This document shows positions 1-9,214 of a stretch of DNA of 64,000 nt, piece by piece (positions within the stretch are counted from its first letter, which is position 1; each line of letters begins with the position of its first letter). The notes beneath the pieces were generated by a model that saw only the letters and a program-made list of their open reading frames with translations, ran no database searches and was not told where the DNA came from. The DNA comes from a virus: positions 35,114-99,113 of IMG/VR virus record IMGVR_UViG_3300025087_000044, one strand, 5' to 3'. The position numbers were made by a program, and so were the translations under genes.

Positions 1-94
1 GAAACAAAAACGCCCGAACGCCTGAACTTTTTGAAAGCGTTGAAAGCTAAGTGCGAGGAACTATTAAACTTGTAACTTTAGTCTTAAAACAGAC

Positions 95-139
95 TTATCC
101 ACAAAAACCTCTTGCAATATCCGTTGAACGTGCTATACT
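95..139 (+). promoter_or_regulatory. DnaA box plus sigma70-like promoter
   Basis: TTATCCACA 95-103; TTGCAA 112-117; extended -10 TGCTATACT 131-139. Confidence 0.55.
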
Positions 140-400
140 GGTTGTAGGAGATAACCAATTTATATGATGACGCAAAAAGACATGATACGGCTTGCCCAGA
201 AGTCAGTAACGGCAAGACGGCGCAAGAACCGAATATACGCAATCAGCTTGAAGACCGGGCGGAGCGTACAGGAGCTGGTGAAGCTGGAGAATAAGGACGT
301 GGACATGATGTGGTGCAACCTTTAAAAAAATCACTGCTCTACTCCTATCGCAACCGCCACACCGCAATGATAGCAGGCGGAAGACAGGAAAGAGCGGTAA

Positions 401-483
401 GCTTAATCTCTGAATGAGCCAGATATGTGGAATAACTCCTAGCAGGGTGCGCTCCACATGTCTGGCGGATTAAGAGATTAAGC
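401..483 (+). other. long imperfect intergenic hairpin
   Basis: GCTTAATCTCT/AGAGATTAAGC and GCCAGATATGTGGA/TCCACATGTCTGGC pair. Confidence 0.55.
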
Positions 484-571
484 AATATCAATAATCAATC
501 CTTTGGGTGGCAGGGGAGTCGGCGGTTAGTTGATTAGCCTCCTCTCCCGTTGCCCTAAGGACAGTAACAAT

Positions 572-823
572 ATGACAAAGAAAGAGTACATCGCCTTAGT
601 TGGCGACAGTCCAAGCTCGTTGTTTGGCGGCGATTGGAAGAACGAGCTGGCGGAGCTTGAAGACCTGGCAATACGAGATGGCGTAGCGAGACGGTGCGGA
701 TTAGTTCCTTGCGGGAAGAATTCCGAGGGTGAGCAGGAGTACATCGGCACGAAGCAAGAGTGGGACAGGTACGATGACGATAACGCTTCCGATGTGCTTT
801 ACGAGGAAGGAGCGGATAAATAA
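572..823 (+). CDS. hypothetical protein
   Basis: ORF 530..823; ATG 572 follows the typical AACAAT leader. Confidence 0.55.
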   Translation: MTKKEYIALVGDSPSSLFGGDWKNELAELEDLAIRDGVARRCGLVPCGKNSEGEQEYIGTKQEWDRYDDDNASDVLYEEGADK

Positions 824-824
824 T

Positions 825-977
825 ATGTCCACCCATAGCGATTGGCAACGGTCGCAGTCCAATAGCAATTACGCCGAGTGCGAGGTGTGCGGCCGCCACC
901 TGCCAGCAGGAACTGTCTGTTACGGGAACGACGAAGGAGAATTTGTTTGTGAGAATTGCATGCCTGATAACGAATAA
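825..977 (+). CDS. small zinc-finger protein
   Basis: CEVC...CENC. Confidence 0.55.
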   Translation: MSTHSDWQRSQSNSNYAECEVCGRHLPAGTVCYGNDEGEFVCENCMPDNE

Positions 978-981
978 CCAT

Positions 982-1221
982 ATGGATGACCAAAAAATAC
1001 TATGCCAACATTGCGGAACGGAAAAGGTATTCCACAACGGAGGAGTGCTTAACGGCAAAGGCTATCGGGCGTTCTTCTACTGCCCTGCATGCGAGATAGT
1101 TCAAAAGTACATGCCGATAGCACTAGGTGACAAGTGTCCTGTGTGTGGCGAGCCTGCTATATTGGGCAAGTATGGAGCGTACTGCAAGAATTGTTACATC
1201 AAGAATAAAACCAATAATTAA
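982..1221 (+). CDS. double zinc-ribbon protein
   Basis: four CxxC pairs. Confidence 0.55.
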   Translation: MDDQKILCQHCGTEKVFHNGGVLNGKGYRAFFYCPACEIVQKYMPIALGDKCPVCGEPAILGKYGAYCKNCYIKNKTNN

Positions 1222-1261
1222 GCCAATAGTCGCCAATTAGGCGCACGGCACAAAAAATAAT

Positions 1262-1852
1262 ATGGAAAACACATTCCTCCCAAGTACTTATGAGCCACCC
1301 GCGACCGAGAGCAAGTATTTGAAGATTGAGCAGGGCAAGACTAAGTTCCGAATCCTGTCGAACTCTATTCAAGGCTGGGTGGACTGGCAGGAAAAAGACG
1401 GCAAGCGAAAGCCTATCCGTACTCGAGAATGGCAACCTGCAATTGACCCCGAGCGTCCGTCAAAACATTTCTGGGCGTTCGCAGTGTGGGATTATGCCGC
1501 GCAATCCGTCAAAGTCATGGAGATAACGCAGAAGACCATTCAGCAGGCCATTCTAGAACTCTACAAGAGCGAGGATTGGGGCGACCCGAAAGGTTATGAC
1601 ATCGAGATAACACGTGAGGGCGAGAAAATGGAAACAAAGTACCACGTCATTCCGAAACCCCCGAAACCGCTTGACACTGTAGTGGCGGAAGCGAGAGACA
1701 GCATGAACGTTGACTTGGAACAGCTGTTTGTGGGAGGCGACCCGTTTGGTGAAGCCAGCCACAATGCCCCTGTGAGCCCCTACAATGCCCCAGGACGAAC
1801 GGAAGAGCCGTTACCTGAGGAATCGGTCACGGTGGCAGGAATTCCCTTCTAA
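1262..1852 (+). CDS. single-stranded DNA-binding/annealing protein (gp32-like)
   Basis: KFRILS...WGDPKGYDIEITREG pattern; acidic tail ending IPF. Confidence 0.6.
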   Translation: MENTFLPSTYEPPATESKYLKIEQGKTKFRILSNSIQGWVDWQEKDGKRKPIRTREWQPAIDPERPSKHFWAFAVWDYAAQSVKVMEITQKTIQQAILELYKSEDWGDPKGYDIEITREGEKMETKYHVIPKPPKPLDTVVAEARDSMNVDLEQLFVGGDPFGEASHNAPVSPYNAPGRTEEPLPEESVTVAGIPF

Positions 1853-1948
1853 ACGAAGTTTTAACTGCCCCTTTCCCGTTTTCGCAACTTTTATGCGACT
1901 GCACAATCAGTCCACCGGTGCGGAGACGGGGTGGGGCGGTATAATAAT

Positions 1949-2140
1949 ATGACCAACGATTTAATTTCAGAAACAATCAAAATAACAAAAGAAGAAACCG
2001 CGCTTAGTCCGCAAGAAGAATACGTTCTGGAACACGCTTTAAGATTTTTCGCCCAGAGAATAAGATACGACTTACTGGTCATTGCAGGCAAGGGCGAATA
2101 CGAAGACATGAGGCGTGAGGTGGAGAATTATTTTCAATAA
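1949..2140 (+). CDS. hypothetical protein
   Basis: ORF in operon context. Confidence 0.45.
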   Translation: MTNDLISETIKITKEETALSPQEEYVLEHALRFFAQRIRYDLLVIAGKGEYEDMRREVENYFQ

Positions 2141-2141
2141 T

Positions 2142-2603
2142 ATGCCAAAACTAAATGAATTTAAAGTAGGCGACAAAGTGAGACTTAATATTCCCGGAGA
2201 TAGTGATAATGGCAAAGAGGGTGTGGCTGGGTGCATTCATGATGATTGTTTGTACCTTGAATCAAATGAGTGGAATTTCAATGGCCTTCAATGCAAAGAA
2301 CACGGGTCTAAAAAATGTTGGATATGTGAAATTAATTCTAGTGGTGAAGTTAGTGCAAGTAGCAAGAATGGTGTTTTAGAACTAATTAACTCTAATATCA
2401 ACTTTATGAATCTCAAAGAAAAGTTCGTGCAAGTGTTTTTAAAAGAGCCTGAAAAATCTTTCCGCAAAGCGGAGATAACCAATGGAGATGGGATACTAAC
2501 AACTGACGGTCAAAGCGTCTTTCTTGGCTGGTTACTGAAAAAGCACGGTGATGAGTTTAAGACGGAAGTGGTTGATGAACTCTTGAAAGAAAAGGAGGCG
2601 TAA
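2142..2603 (+). CDS. hypothetical protein (N-terminal KOW/SH3-like FKVGDKV)
   Basis: ORF 2115..2603, ATG 2142. Confidence 0.6.
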   Translation: MPKLNEFKVGDKVRLNIPGDSDNGKEGVAGCIHDDCLYLESNEWNFNGLQCKEHGSKKCWICEINSSGEVSASSKNGVLELINSNINFMNLKEKFVQVFLKEPEKSFRKAEITNGDGILTTDGQSVFLGWLLKKHGDEFKTEVVDELLKEKEA

Positions 2604-2768
2604 CATGGCTATCAAGTTATCGTGGCAGGCGTGGCTGTTGCTCACAATGCAAGCCCGACTGGACTTGCTCTATGGCGAGTGCGCCGGGTACTGGACGCTT
2701 GACGTTATTTAATCCTCACACGCCCCTGTCATATCAGGGGCTAAAAAAACTTTAACTGTACTAAACAT

Positions 2769-2887
2769 ATGAAAATCACAATCAAAGCGGAGCCAACCTG
2801 TGCAGAGCCGACCTGTGCAGAGCCAAAATTAAAATTGCGCAAAAAGCGGAGTTGTTAAAAACCTTAGGTATTATTATTGAGGAGTAA
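2769..2887 (+). pseudogene. deleted pentapeptide-repeat protein remnant
   Basis: MKITIK start, then out-of-frame GANLCRADLCRAKIK...IEE*. Confidence 0.5.
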
Positions 2888-2914
2888 GAACTTAACTAAC
2901 TAACATAAAACAGT

Positions 2915-3373
2915 ATGCAAACAAAACAAGCAATTCAAGCAAGTGCGAATGTAGTGCGAATAACATCTATCTCTGCTGGCGATCTGTATAAAAGATTTGA
3001 CGAATCTTATGATGATAGGGTTTATTACGGAATTGTCAAAAAAGTCCATAATGACGGAGAAAAAACGGTAATTGAGGCAGTAGAATACAGATATTCATGG
3101 AACTCCTTGGAAGTGGATTATAAAATTATTAGAGGAGAAAAAGACTTTACTATTTTCCCCGCCACACAAGAAGAATTTAATCTTGAATTGGGTAAGGCAA
3201 AAAAGAAAAAAATTCAAGAAATAAAAGAATCAGAAGAAAAGATAGAAGAAAACAAAAAAGTCTTAGAAGAAATCAGCAAAATGGAATCGGGAGAACTAAT
3301 GGCAGGCCTAAAAAGCGTTAGCTATGCAGAATTAACGCAAGAACAATATAACGAAAGAATGCTTTTGAAATAA
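2915..3373 (+). CDS. hypothetical protein with coiled-coil C-terminus
   Basis: 152-aa ORF. Confidence 0.7.
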   Translation: MQTKQAIQASANVVRITSISAGDLYKRFDESYDDRVYYGIVKKVHNDGEKTVIEAVEYRYSWNSLEVDYKIIRGEKDFTIFPATQEEFNLELGKAKKKKIQEIKESEEKIEENKKVLEEISKMESGELMAGLKSVSYAELTQEQYNERMLLK

Positions 3374-3392
3374 CTAAATAATATAAAAAAGT

Positions 3393-3746
3393 ATGAATGA
3401 AGAACTAACAGTCAATGGAATTGAGTATGTTCCCAAGAGTTCAGTTGCGGAGAAGTTTGAAGGTTTGAAATATGTAATAGCAAGAACTTATTCGGCAGGC
3501 GTTTTTGCTGGATATTTAAAGAGTAGGAACGGCCTAGAAGGAGTTTTACTGAAGGCTCGCAGATTGTGGTATTGGGCTGGAGCGGCCAGTCTGTCTCAAT
3601 TGGCAATGGAAGGAACTTCGAAACCGACAGAATGTAAATTTCCGTGCGAAGTGGACGCAATCGAATTGACGCAGATTATTGAAATTTTGGATGTAACAAA
3701 AAAAGCTCAAGACTCAATTAACGCCGTAAAAATATGGAAAGAATAA
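3393..3746 (+). CDS. conserved phage protein (DUF6948-like)
   Basis: YVIARTYSAGVFAG...ARRLWYWAGAASLSQLA. Confidence 0.7.
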   Translation: MNEELTVNGIEYVPKSSVAEKFEGLKYVIARTYSAGVFAGYLKSRNGLEGVLLKARRLWYWAGAASLSQLAMEGTSKPTECKFPCEVDAIELTQIIEILDVTKKAQDSINAVKIWKE

Positions 3747-4021
3747 ATGACGGTTCCGGTTCCGGTTCCGGTGACGGTTACGGTTACGGTGACGGTGACG
3801 GTGACGGTTCCGGTTACGGTTACGGTGCCGGAACCGGTTCCGGTTCCGGTTACGGTGACGGTTACGGTGACGGTTCCGGTGACGGTTACGGTTACGGGGA
3901 CGATGACGGTTACGGTGACGGTTACGGTGACGGTTCCGGTTACGGTTACGGTGACGGTGACGGTGACGGTTCCGGTGACGGTGACGGTTCCGGTGACGGT
4001 TACGATTCCGGTAACGGTTAA
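3734..4021 (+). CDS. glycine-rich (GD/GY/GS)n protein
   Basis: alternating Gly; commonly found after DUF6948-like genes. Confidence 0.55.
   Translation: MERINDGSGSGSGDGYGYGDGDGDGSGYGYGAGTGSGSGYGDGYGDGSGDGYGYGDDDGYGDGYGDGSGYGYGDGDGDGSGDGDGSGDGYDSGNG
3749..4018 (+). repeat. degenerate hexamer tandem repeat (GAC/TAC/TCC)GGT
   Basis: read directly from sequence. Confidence 0.9.
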
Positions 4022-4385
4022 AATCCAGACCTGTTGGCGGAGCAGGCCAAAACCGCCTGATTAAATTTATGAAACTTAAAACACATATCCCCTCACTGGT
4101 TTGTGCCGCGTTCTCGGCAGTAACCACTGGCAGCATGCTTGCGTATAACGTACCGCTTTGGTTAATAATCCCGATCGCTCTAGTGGGTTCTTTGTCTGTT
4201 GGTGTCGTAATGCTCATTATACTTGACTAGCCCACCTTCATGCCGCAAACTTGGAGGCCGGGGGAGAGGAAATTAACTCGATTCCTCAACAGCCTGCAAA
4301 ATAACTTTACTCTACAGAACTGGCTCCTACCAACAAACAACAATGTCCAAACAATTCCTTGCACCACCACATTGAATAAAAAAAT

Positions 4386-4667
4386 ATGATTAAATTGAAA
4401 ATTGAATTTTTTGATAGAGTTTCACAAAGTGGAGAAACTGGATTTAGAAGCGCGGAAATTCAAATTCCAGATGAGGCAATGTTACTTTCTAACAAGCCAA
4501 CCTTTAATGGAGAAATTTCAAACGAACGCCATCAATTTGTTATGGATGAACTCGAAAGAATAGTTAATGAAACAGAGGGTGTCAATTATGGAGAAATTAG
4601 TGAGATTGAAAGCGATATCCCAATTAGACAAAGATTTGTAATTATAACATGTCGAAAAATTCAATAA
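4386..4667 (+). CDS. hypothetical protein
   Basis: 93-aa ORF. Confidence 0.6.
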   Translation: MIKLKIEFFDRVSQSGETGFRSAEIQIPDEAMLLSNKPTFNGEISNERHQFVMDELERIVNETEGVNYGEISEIESDIPIRQRFVIITCRKIQ

Positions 4668-4840
4668 TAAAAAATCCTATGACACTTTCAGAATTAAAAA
4701 AACACTTGGAGGTGATACGTCTAAGAAATGGCGTTGATTCAGACAGAGACCATCAGGAAGTTGATGATATGCTTATCGGTTATATAAACGATGGCGAGGT
4801 AACTGAGTTGTTTGATTCAATTGAAAAGTGGTATTCCTGA
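4649..4840 (+). CDS. hypothetical protein
   Basis: ORF ending KWYS. Confidence 0.5.
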   Translation: MSKNSIIKNPMTLSELKKHLEVIRLRNGVDSDRDHQEVDDMLIGYINDGEVTELFDSIEKWYS

Positions 4841-4948
4841 CCTAATAATAATTGGAAAATAAATTAAAATAAAATCTTATGAGTAAATTCAAAGCGGGAA
4901 TGATTATCGAGAACGCTGACGAGGGTTCGACTCCCTCAGTTGACTTGC

Positions 4949-5129
4949 ACTAAATTTAATAGGAGAATAGTATGACCGAAGAGCAAGAGTTTTTAGACAA
5001 AGAAATCCAAGTCTGCAATGACGAGATGGATAAGGCCATCAAGACCAGTTCCGCGGCGCAAGACGTATTGAAGTTCTACGCCCGGCGCAAAGAGTTTTTA
5101 ACTAAGATACTAAATTTAATAGGAGAATA
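4949..5129 (+). repeat. 21-bp direct repeat ACTAAATTTAATAGGAGAATA flanking a small ORF
   Basis: exact copies at 4949-4969 and 5109-5129. Confidence 0.85.
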
Positions 5130-5131
5130 AT

Positions 5132-5506
5132 ATGTCAAAATTCAAAGCGGGAATGATAATCAAGAACGCTGCAGGTAAGCGCAAGATACTCGGCCAGTGC
5201 GGTGAAGTGTTCTTTATTAGCGAGGAAGATGATTTTGAAACAGCAGTATCCGAGATATACACAGAAGAAGAATTGCTGAAAGTTAATTTTAAACCCGTCG
5301 AAGAGCCGTGGAAACCTGAGAAGAACAGAGAATATATTTTTCTTGACCTCGCTGGAGAACACGCTTCTACGATTTGGATAAATGGCAAAAGCGACAATTA
5401 TCTCCTCTCCATCGGCAACGTCTTTCCACCCGAGAACAACGAAGAACTCATTGCCGAGTACAAGCGCAAGTTGCAGGAGATGTTTAAGCCAGAGTCTTAC
5501 AAGTAA
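5132..5506 (+). CDS. hypothetical protein
   Basis: 124-aa ORF with AGGAG RBS. Confidence 0.7.
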   Translation: MSKFKAGMIIKNAAGKRKILGQCGEVFFISEEDDFETAVSEIYTEEELLKVNFKPVEEPWKPEKNREYIFLDLAGEHASTIWINGKSDNYLLSIGNVFPPENNEELIAEYKRKLQEMFKPESYK

Positions 5507-5514
5507 AAAATAAT

Positions 5515-5703
5515 ATGGAAAAAACATTTTGCGATATTTGCGGGGTGGAGATGAAGAAGCTAAACTATTACATTTACCGGCTAATGCACGAAAAACCGGG
5601 ACTTGATATGTGCGATTTTGCCGTGTCAAGCCATCTGGATGTCTGCCAAGATTGCTGTGAAAAATTCATTACAAAAGAAAACCGCGTTAATCAAGGGAAA
5701 TAA
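5515..5703 (+). CDS. small zinc-finger protein
   Basis: CDIC...CQDC. Confidence 0.55.
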   Translation: MEKTFCDICGVEMKKLNYYIYRLMHEKPGLDMCDFAVSSHLDVCQDCCEKFITKENRVNQGK

Positions 5704-5708
5704 AAAAT

Positions 5709-5891
5709 ATGAAAAAAGGCCAACAATTGGCGTGTATATTGCGAGAACTTGCAGAAAACATTGCCATAATCAGAGACAAGGGGACTGATTGGAGCGAATG
5801 TATGTTTGATGATATCGAAGAAGTTTGTCGTGAGTTTGACAAAAGCGATAAATTCACAACCAAAGAGAATCGAGTTAATCAAGGGAAATGA
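5709..5891 (+). CDS. hypothetical protein
   Basis: shares C-terminal TKENRVNQGK with the upstream ORF. Confidence 0.5.
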   Translation: MKKGQQLACILRELAENIAIIRDKGTDWSECMFDDIEEVCREFDKSDKFTTKENRVNQGK

Positions 5892-6118
5892 TTATGACAA
5901 TATCAGATAAAGAATTGGGGGAAAAGCTTCTCAAGTGGATTAGGCGGTATCATCAATATTGCCATAAAGTTATGGTTGAGTTGCCCGATGGAAACATTAC
6001 AACGCAATACAAAGAAGGCGACCTTATGATATGCAAAGCTTGTAAAGATGAGATAGCTTTACTAGAAGAAGAAATAAACAAAAGAAATAAAAAGATAATT
6101 AAAAATAGACTTGTATGA
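5888..6118 (+). CDS. hypothetical protein
   Basis: ATGA-coupled ORF. Confidence 0.5.
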   Translation: MIMTISDKELGEKLLKWIRRYHQYCHKVMVELPDGNITTQYKEGDLMICKACKDEIALLEEEINKRNKKIIKNRLV

Positions 6119-6283
6119 AAACTGTCAAGTGTAAAAACTGTTATGATAAAAGTTTCGCCAGCGTTTATTAAGCTGACAGTTATGCCATGCCTGATTTTTA
6201 CGGCGATAAAAAATACCGAGTCCAAAAAGTGGGAATAAGAATTAAATACTGCACTTGCCTAAAAGGCAAACGCATGAAAGCTT

Positions 6284-6637
6284 ATGACAAACAAATTAAA
6301 AAAAGATAAATTCCTAAAAGCATGGCGATATCTTGAAAGTCTTAAATACTTTAATCCGCCCGAGATAGCTGGACTTTTCGGATTCGGCAATTTCGATATA
6401 ATGGTCAGCAGTGAGACGACCCCAAAAGGAACCAATGTTTACGTTGAATTGAACACGGGCAGTTGGAACGAGAAGTATAGTTGCTTTTCTCACGATTACA
6501 GACTAGACGTTTCATGTCCTACATTCGAGGATGCCATAATCGAGCTTGCCAAGAAATGCAAAAAGTTAGGCCGCAAGCTTAATCATTCAGTAAGCGAGAC
6601 GATAAAGTTCAAGAAAATAAAACATCTCCTAAAATGA
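6284..6637 (+). CDS. hypothetical protein
   Basis: 117-aa ORF. Confidence 0.6.
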   Translation: MTNKLKKDKFLKAWRYLESLKYFNPPEIAGLFGFGNFDIMVSSETTPKGTNVYVELNTGSWNEKYSCFSHDYRLDVSCPTFEDAIIELAKKCKKLGRKLNHSVSETIKFKKIKHLLK

Positions 6638-6834
6638 GTTACGAATATCAAATGGTTCTCCTCGACGTTAAAGTTGAGGCGATAAACCAGAGGCGCGATA
6701 AGTTACTGAGAGGTGGAATCAGTTACGATAAATTGTGGTTGGATTTTAATCTTGAAAAGCTATATATCGAGGCAGAGCAAATCATACTAAAATTAAAGCA
6801 AATTACCACTTATCCACACAATTTCCAAAAATGA
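6634..6834 (+). CDS. hypothetical protein
   Basis: ATGA-coupled ORF. Confidence 0.45.
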   Translation: MSYEYQMVLLDVKVEAINQRRDKLLRGGISYDKLWLDFNLEKLYIEAEQIILKLKQITTYPHNFQK

Positions 6835-6875
6835 CTTAAACAACCCCTTTACAAATCTATTCAATCTGCTACAAT
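6810..6875 (+). promoter_or_regulatory. DnaA box plus promoter
   Basis: TTATCCACA 6810-6818; TTTACA 6848-6853; TGCTACAAT ending 6875. Confidence 0.55.
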
Positions 6876-7440
6876 TTAATTAGGCAAAAAATAAGCTAAC
6901 CTTACAGAAAATAACTTTCTAGTGCCTAAACAATATAAGCGATGTCAAATCGTTTCGTGTGTTAATCTCATTTAAGATGTGTCTTGCCTTTAAAACGGCA
7001 GTACCAACACGGGTACATTTGACACACATCTTAGCTGAGATTTTTTGTTATTTATATCCTGTTCGGAATAAAAGAGATATAACGGTCACACGCTAACGCT
7101 ACGACCCAAACTGTCCCTCCCGATTCCGAGCAGGATATAGGTAACTATAGTCTTCCCCCAGAGTTGCTAGCTACTCTATAAGCGGACTTAAAAAGGCTTA
7201 TGTCAAGCTAATCCTTGGGCGTGCAGGAACCGCTCTAAATAGCCTGCCTTTATACGAGTTTCACCACAAAAGTCCTTTTAAATCAAATCGCTAATTTCTC
7301 TTATATAAATTGATATAAATATCTATTTAAAAAGAGTAATTATAAATAAAATTTTAACTCGGTAATGGTTGTATGGGGAGTGGGGGTAATATAGCTATAT
7401 ATAGCCATTCCATAAACAAACAATATATTGTCTAATATGT

Positions 7441-7611
7441 ATGCAGTTACATTCCAAAGAAGAACGATTGATTTTAAAGAAAAAGGTGTATGTAACTGAT
7501 GAGGTTTTTGAAACATTGTTAGTCGAAAAGAAAAGGCAAAAAATATCAATGGCAAAAATAGTTTGTAATTTGATAATAGAAAAATATGTTAATAGAGAAA
7601 ACAAAACTTGA
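7441..7611 (+). CDS. ribbon-helix-helix-like small protein
   Basis: manual translation MQLHSKEERLILKKKVYVTDEVF...ISMAKIVCNLII. Confidence 0.45.
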   Translation: MQLHSKEERLILKKKVYVTDEVFETLLVEKKRQKISMAKIVCNLIIEKYVNRENKT

Positions 7612-7768
7612 AAGTAATGCAACAAGTATATTTAAAAAAAGAGTAAGAGTTAGTTTGAAAGATTATGCTTTTCTAGTAAAGACCAAAGGAAAGAAAAGTA
7701 TAGCAGGGCGATTGGAAGAGATAGTTAAATTCCATATTGAGAAAATATATAAAGAAAAAAAATAAATT

Positions 7769-8158
7769 ATGCACTTATATGTTGACGGATATACTATAGG
7801 AGCTAATCCTAGCAAAGTAGGCGGAGGATATGTCGTAATGGACGAAAGAAAGAACGTCTTATGGGAAGGAAAGTGCTTAAAGCCTAATTTTACGAACAAT
7901 GAAGCAGAGTTGATAGCCATTATGAGAGCCACCGAGCTTGCTCATCAAAACGATACCATTTTTACGGACAGCCATTGCGCTTGGTGCTGGGTAATCGGAG
8001 GCCATTGCAAGGCCAGGAGAGATTTAAATAAATACGCAGCCCAGTCCCAATGCAATATGTATGACAAGAACCTTACAATAAAGCAGATACCCAGAGAGAT
8101 AAATTTAGCGGGTATTTACTTGGAAGATAAAAAATATGGAACGATTATTCCAAGATGA
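7769..8158 (+). CDS. RNase H-like nuclease (RNase HI family)
   Basis: YVDG, TNNEAELIAI, IFTDS, RE.NLAG motifs. Confidence 0.75.
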   Translation: MHLYVDGYTIGANPSKVGGGYVVMDERKNVLWEGKCLKPNFTNNEAELIAIMRATELAHQNDTIFTDSHCAWCWVIGGHCKARRDLNKYAAQSQCNMYDKNLTIKQIPREINLAGIYLEDKKYGTIIPR

Positions 8159-8378
8159 CAAATTCAAAACCGCGGATATTGCAAAAATGAACTTGAAGAC
8201 ATTGCAAATGTTCGAAGGATTCTGGACTGCCGTTTACGAGAGTGCAGGCAGGAACAATAATGAGAAAAAGTTTATTGAGGCTGAGTCTAATCTTATAAAA
8301 ATAAGAGAAGCGATGATGGCTCTAAAATTAAAAGAAACAAAACCCTATGGACAGAGAGAAGTACATAACTCGATTTGA
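8136..8378 (+). CDS. hypothetical protein
   Basis: ORF in operon. Confidence 0.5.
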   Translation: MERLFQDDKFKTADIAKMNLKTLQMFEGFWTAVYESAGRNNNEKKFIEAESNLIKIREAMMALKLKETKPYGQREVHNSI

Positions 8379-8673
8379 TATCGTAACCAAGCCTATGATG
8401 CTGGAGTTCATGTTCAAGCATAAGATATTCAATGCTCAGGACGTGATAGCTCTAGGCGTTGAGAATAGAACCGATAAGCGTAAGACCCCCGAAGGTCGAG
8501 CGAGAAAGATTGTTAAGTTCTTGGCCTATCTAATCGGGATGGGCTTTTTGAGAGCCAAGCCAGACAGCAATGTTTTAGAAGTTGATGAGTCATTCATTCC
8601 CAGAGACCAGCGAGAACCTGTTAAGATTGTAGAGCCTAAAAAGACAAAAAAAGTTAAAAAAAGACGAACGTAA
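8347..8673 (+). CDS. hypothetical protein, possible winged helix
   Basis: 108-aa ORF. Confidence 0.55.
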   Translation: MDREKYITRFDIVTKPMMLEFMFKHKIFNAQDVIALGVENRTDKRKTPEGRARKIVKFLAYLIGMGFLRAKPDSNVLEVDESFIPRDQREPVKIVEPKKTKKVKKRRT

Positions 8674-8690
8674 TAAATAGAGAAAATCTT

Positions 8691-9041
8691 ATGAATAAAG
8701 AAAAACTGTATGTGCCAATCGCAATCTTGATTGTTGGTGTTGTTCTCGGTACGTCTATTGTGTCGGTTCAAGTATTAAAACAGAAGTCCATTGAAAGACA
8801 GCAGCAAAGAGAATTGTTGTCCAAGGAAGAGCTGGATAGTAGAAGAATAAAAGAGGACAGGCGGAATGCAGAGCTTTTGGATGATTGCCTTGCAGGTGCT
8901 GACAGTGCATATTGGAATTATGTTGAGAATAACATGGAAGAGAAAAAAGACGGAACGTATTTTGGTGAGAATTGGAGATGGGATGAGGCGCAAAGCCGCA
9001 AAGACGCAAAAGAGAAAAGTTGTTTTACGCAATATAAATAA
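8691..9041 (+). CDS. membrane-anchored hypothetical protein
   Basis: N-terminal hydrophobic helix followed by coiled coil. Confidence 0.65.
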   Translation: MNKEKLYVPIAILIVGVVLGTSIVSVQVLKQKSIERQQQRELLSKEELDSRRIKEDRRNAELLDDCLAGADSAYWNYVENNMEEKKDGTYFGENWRWDEAQSRKDAKEKSCFTQYK

Positions 9042-9042
9042 T

Positions 9043-9192
9043 ATGAATGTAATAAATAAAGAAAATTATAAAATTCCAGTCTTTAGTTGGTGTCCTGAGA
9101 TTGAAGACAGTGCAATGGAGCAGATTGACCATTTGGCACAGCTTCCTTTTGCAGTTAAACACATCTCAATCATGCCGGATTGTCACGCATGA
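9043..9192 (+). pseudogene. rtcB: orphan 5' fragment of rtcB
   Basis: MNVINKENYKIPVFSWCPEIEDSAMEQIDHLAQLPFAVKHISIMPDCHA* is an RtcB N-terminus ending at the MPDxH motif. Confidence 0.8.
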
Positions 9193-9214
9193 GCATTGTG
9201 TGCGAATATAATGT

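Noticed and set aside
3749-4018. CRISPR array or DGR variable repeat
   Set aside because: Simple hexamer repeat without spacers; no reverse transcriptase or template repeat in the window
4921-4945. Fourth tRNA gene
   Set aside because: Only a T-arm is present; no D-arm or anticodon arm
9186-9204. P1-like pairing CGCAU/GUGCG after the rtcB fragment, suggesting a group I intron
   Set aside because: No P4/P7 core motifs follow, and the downstream rtcB has its own complete N-terminus
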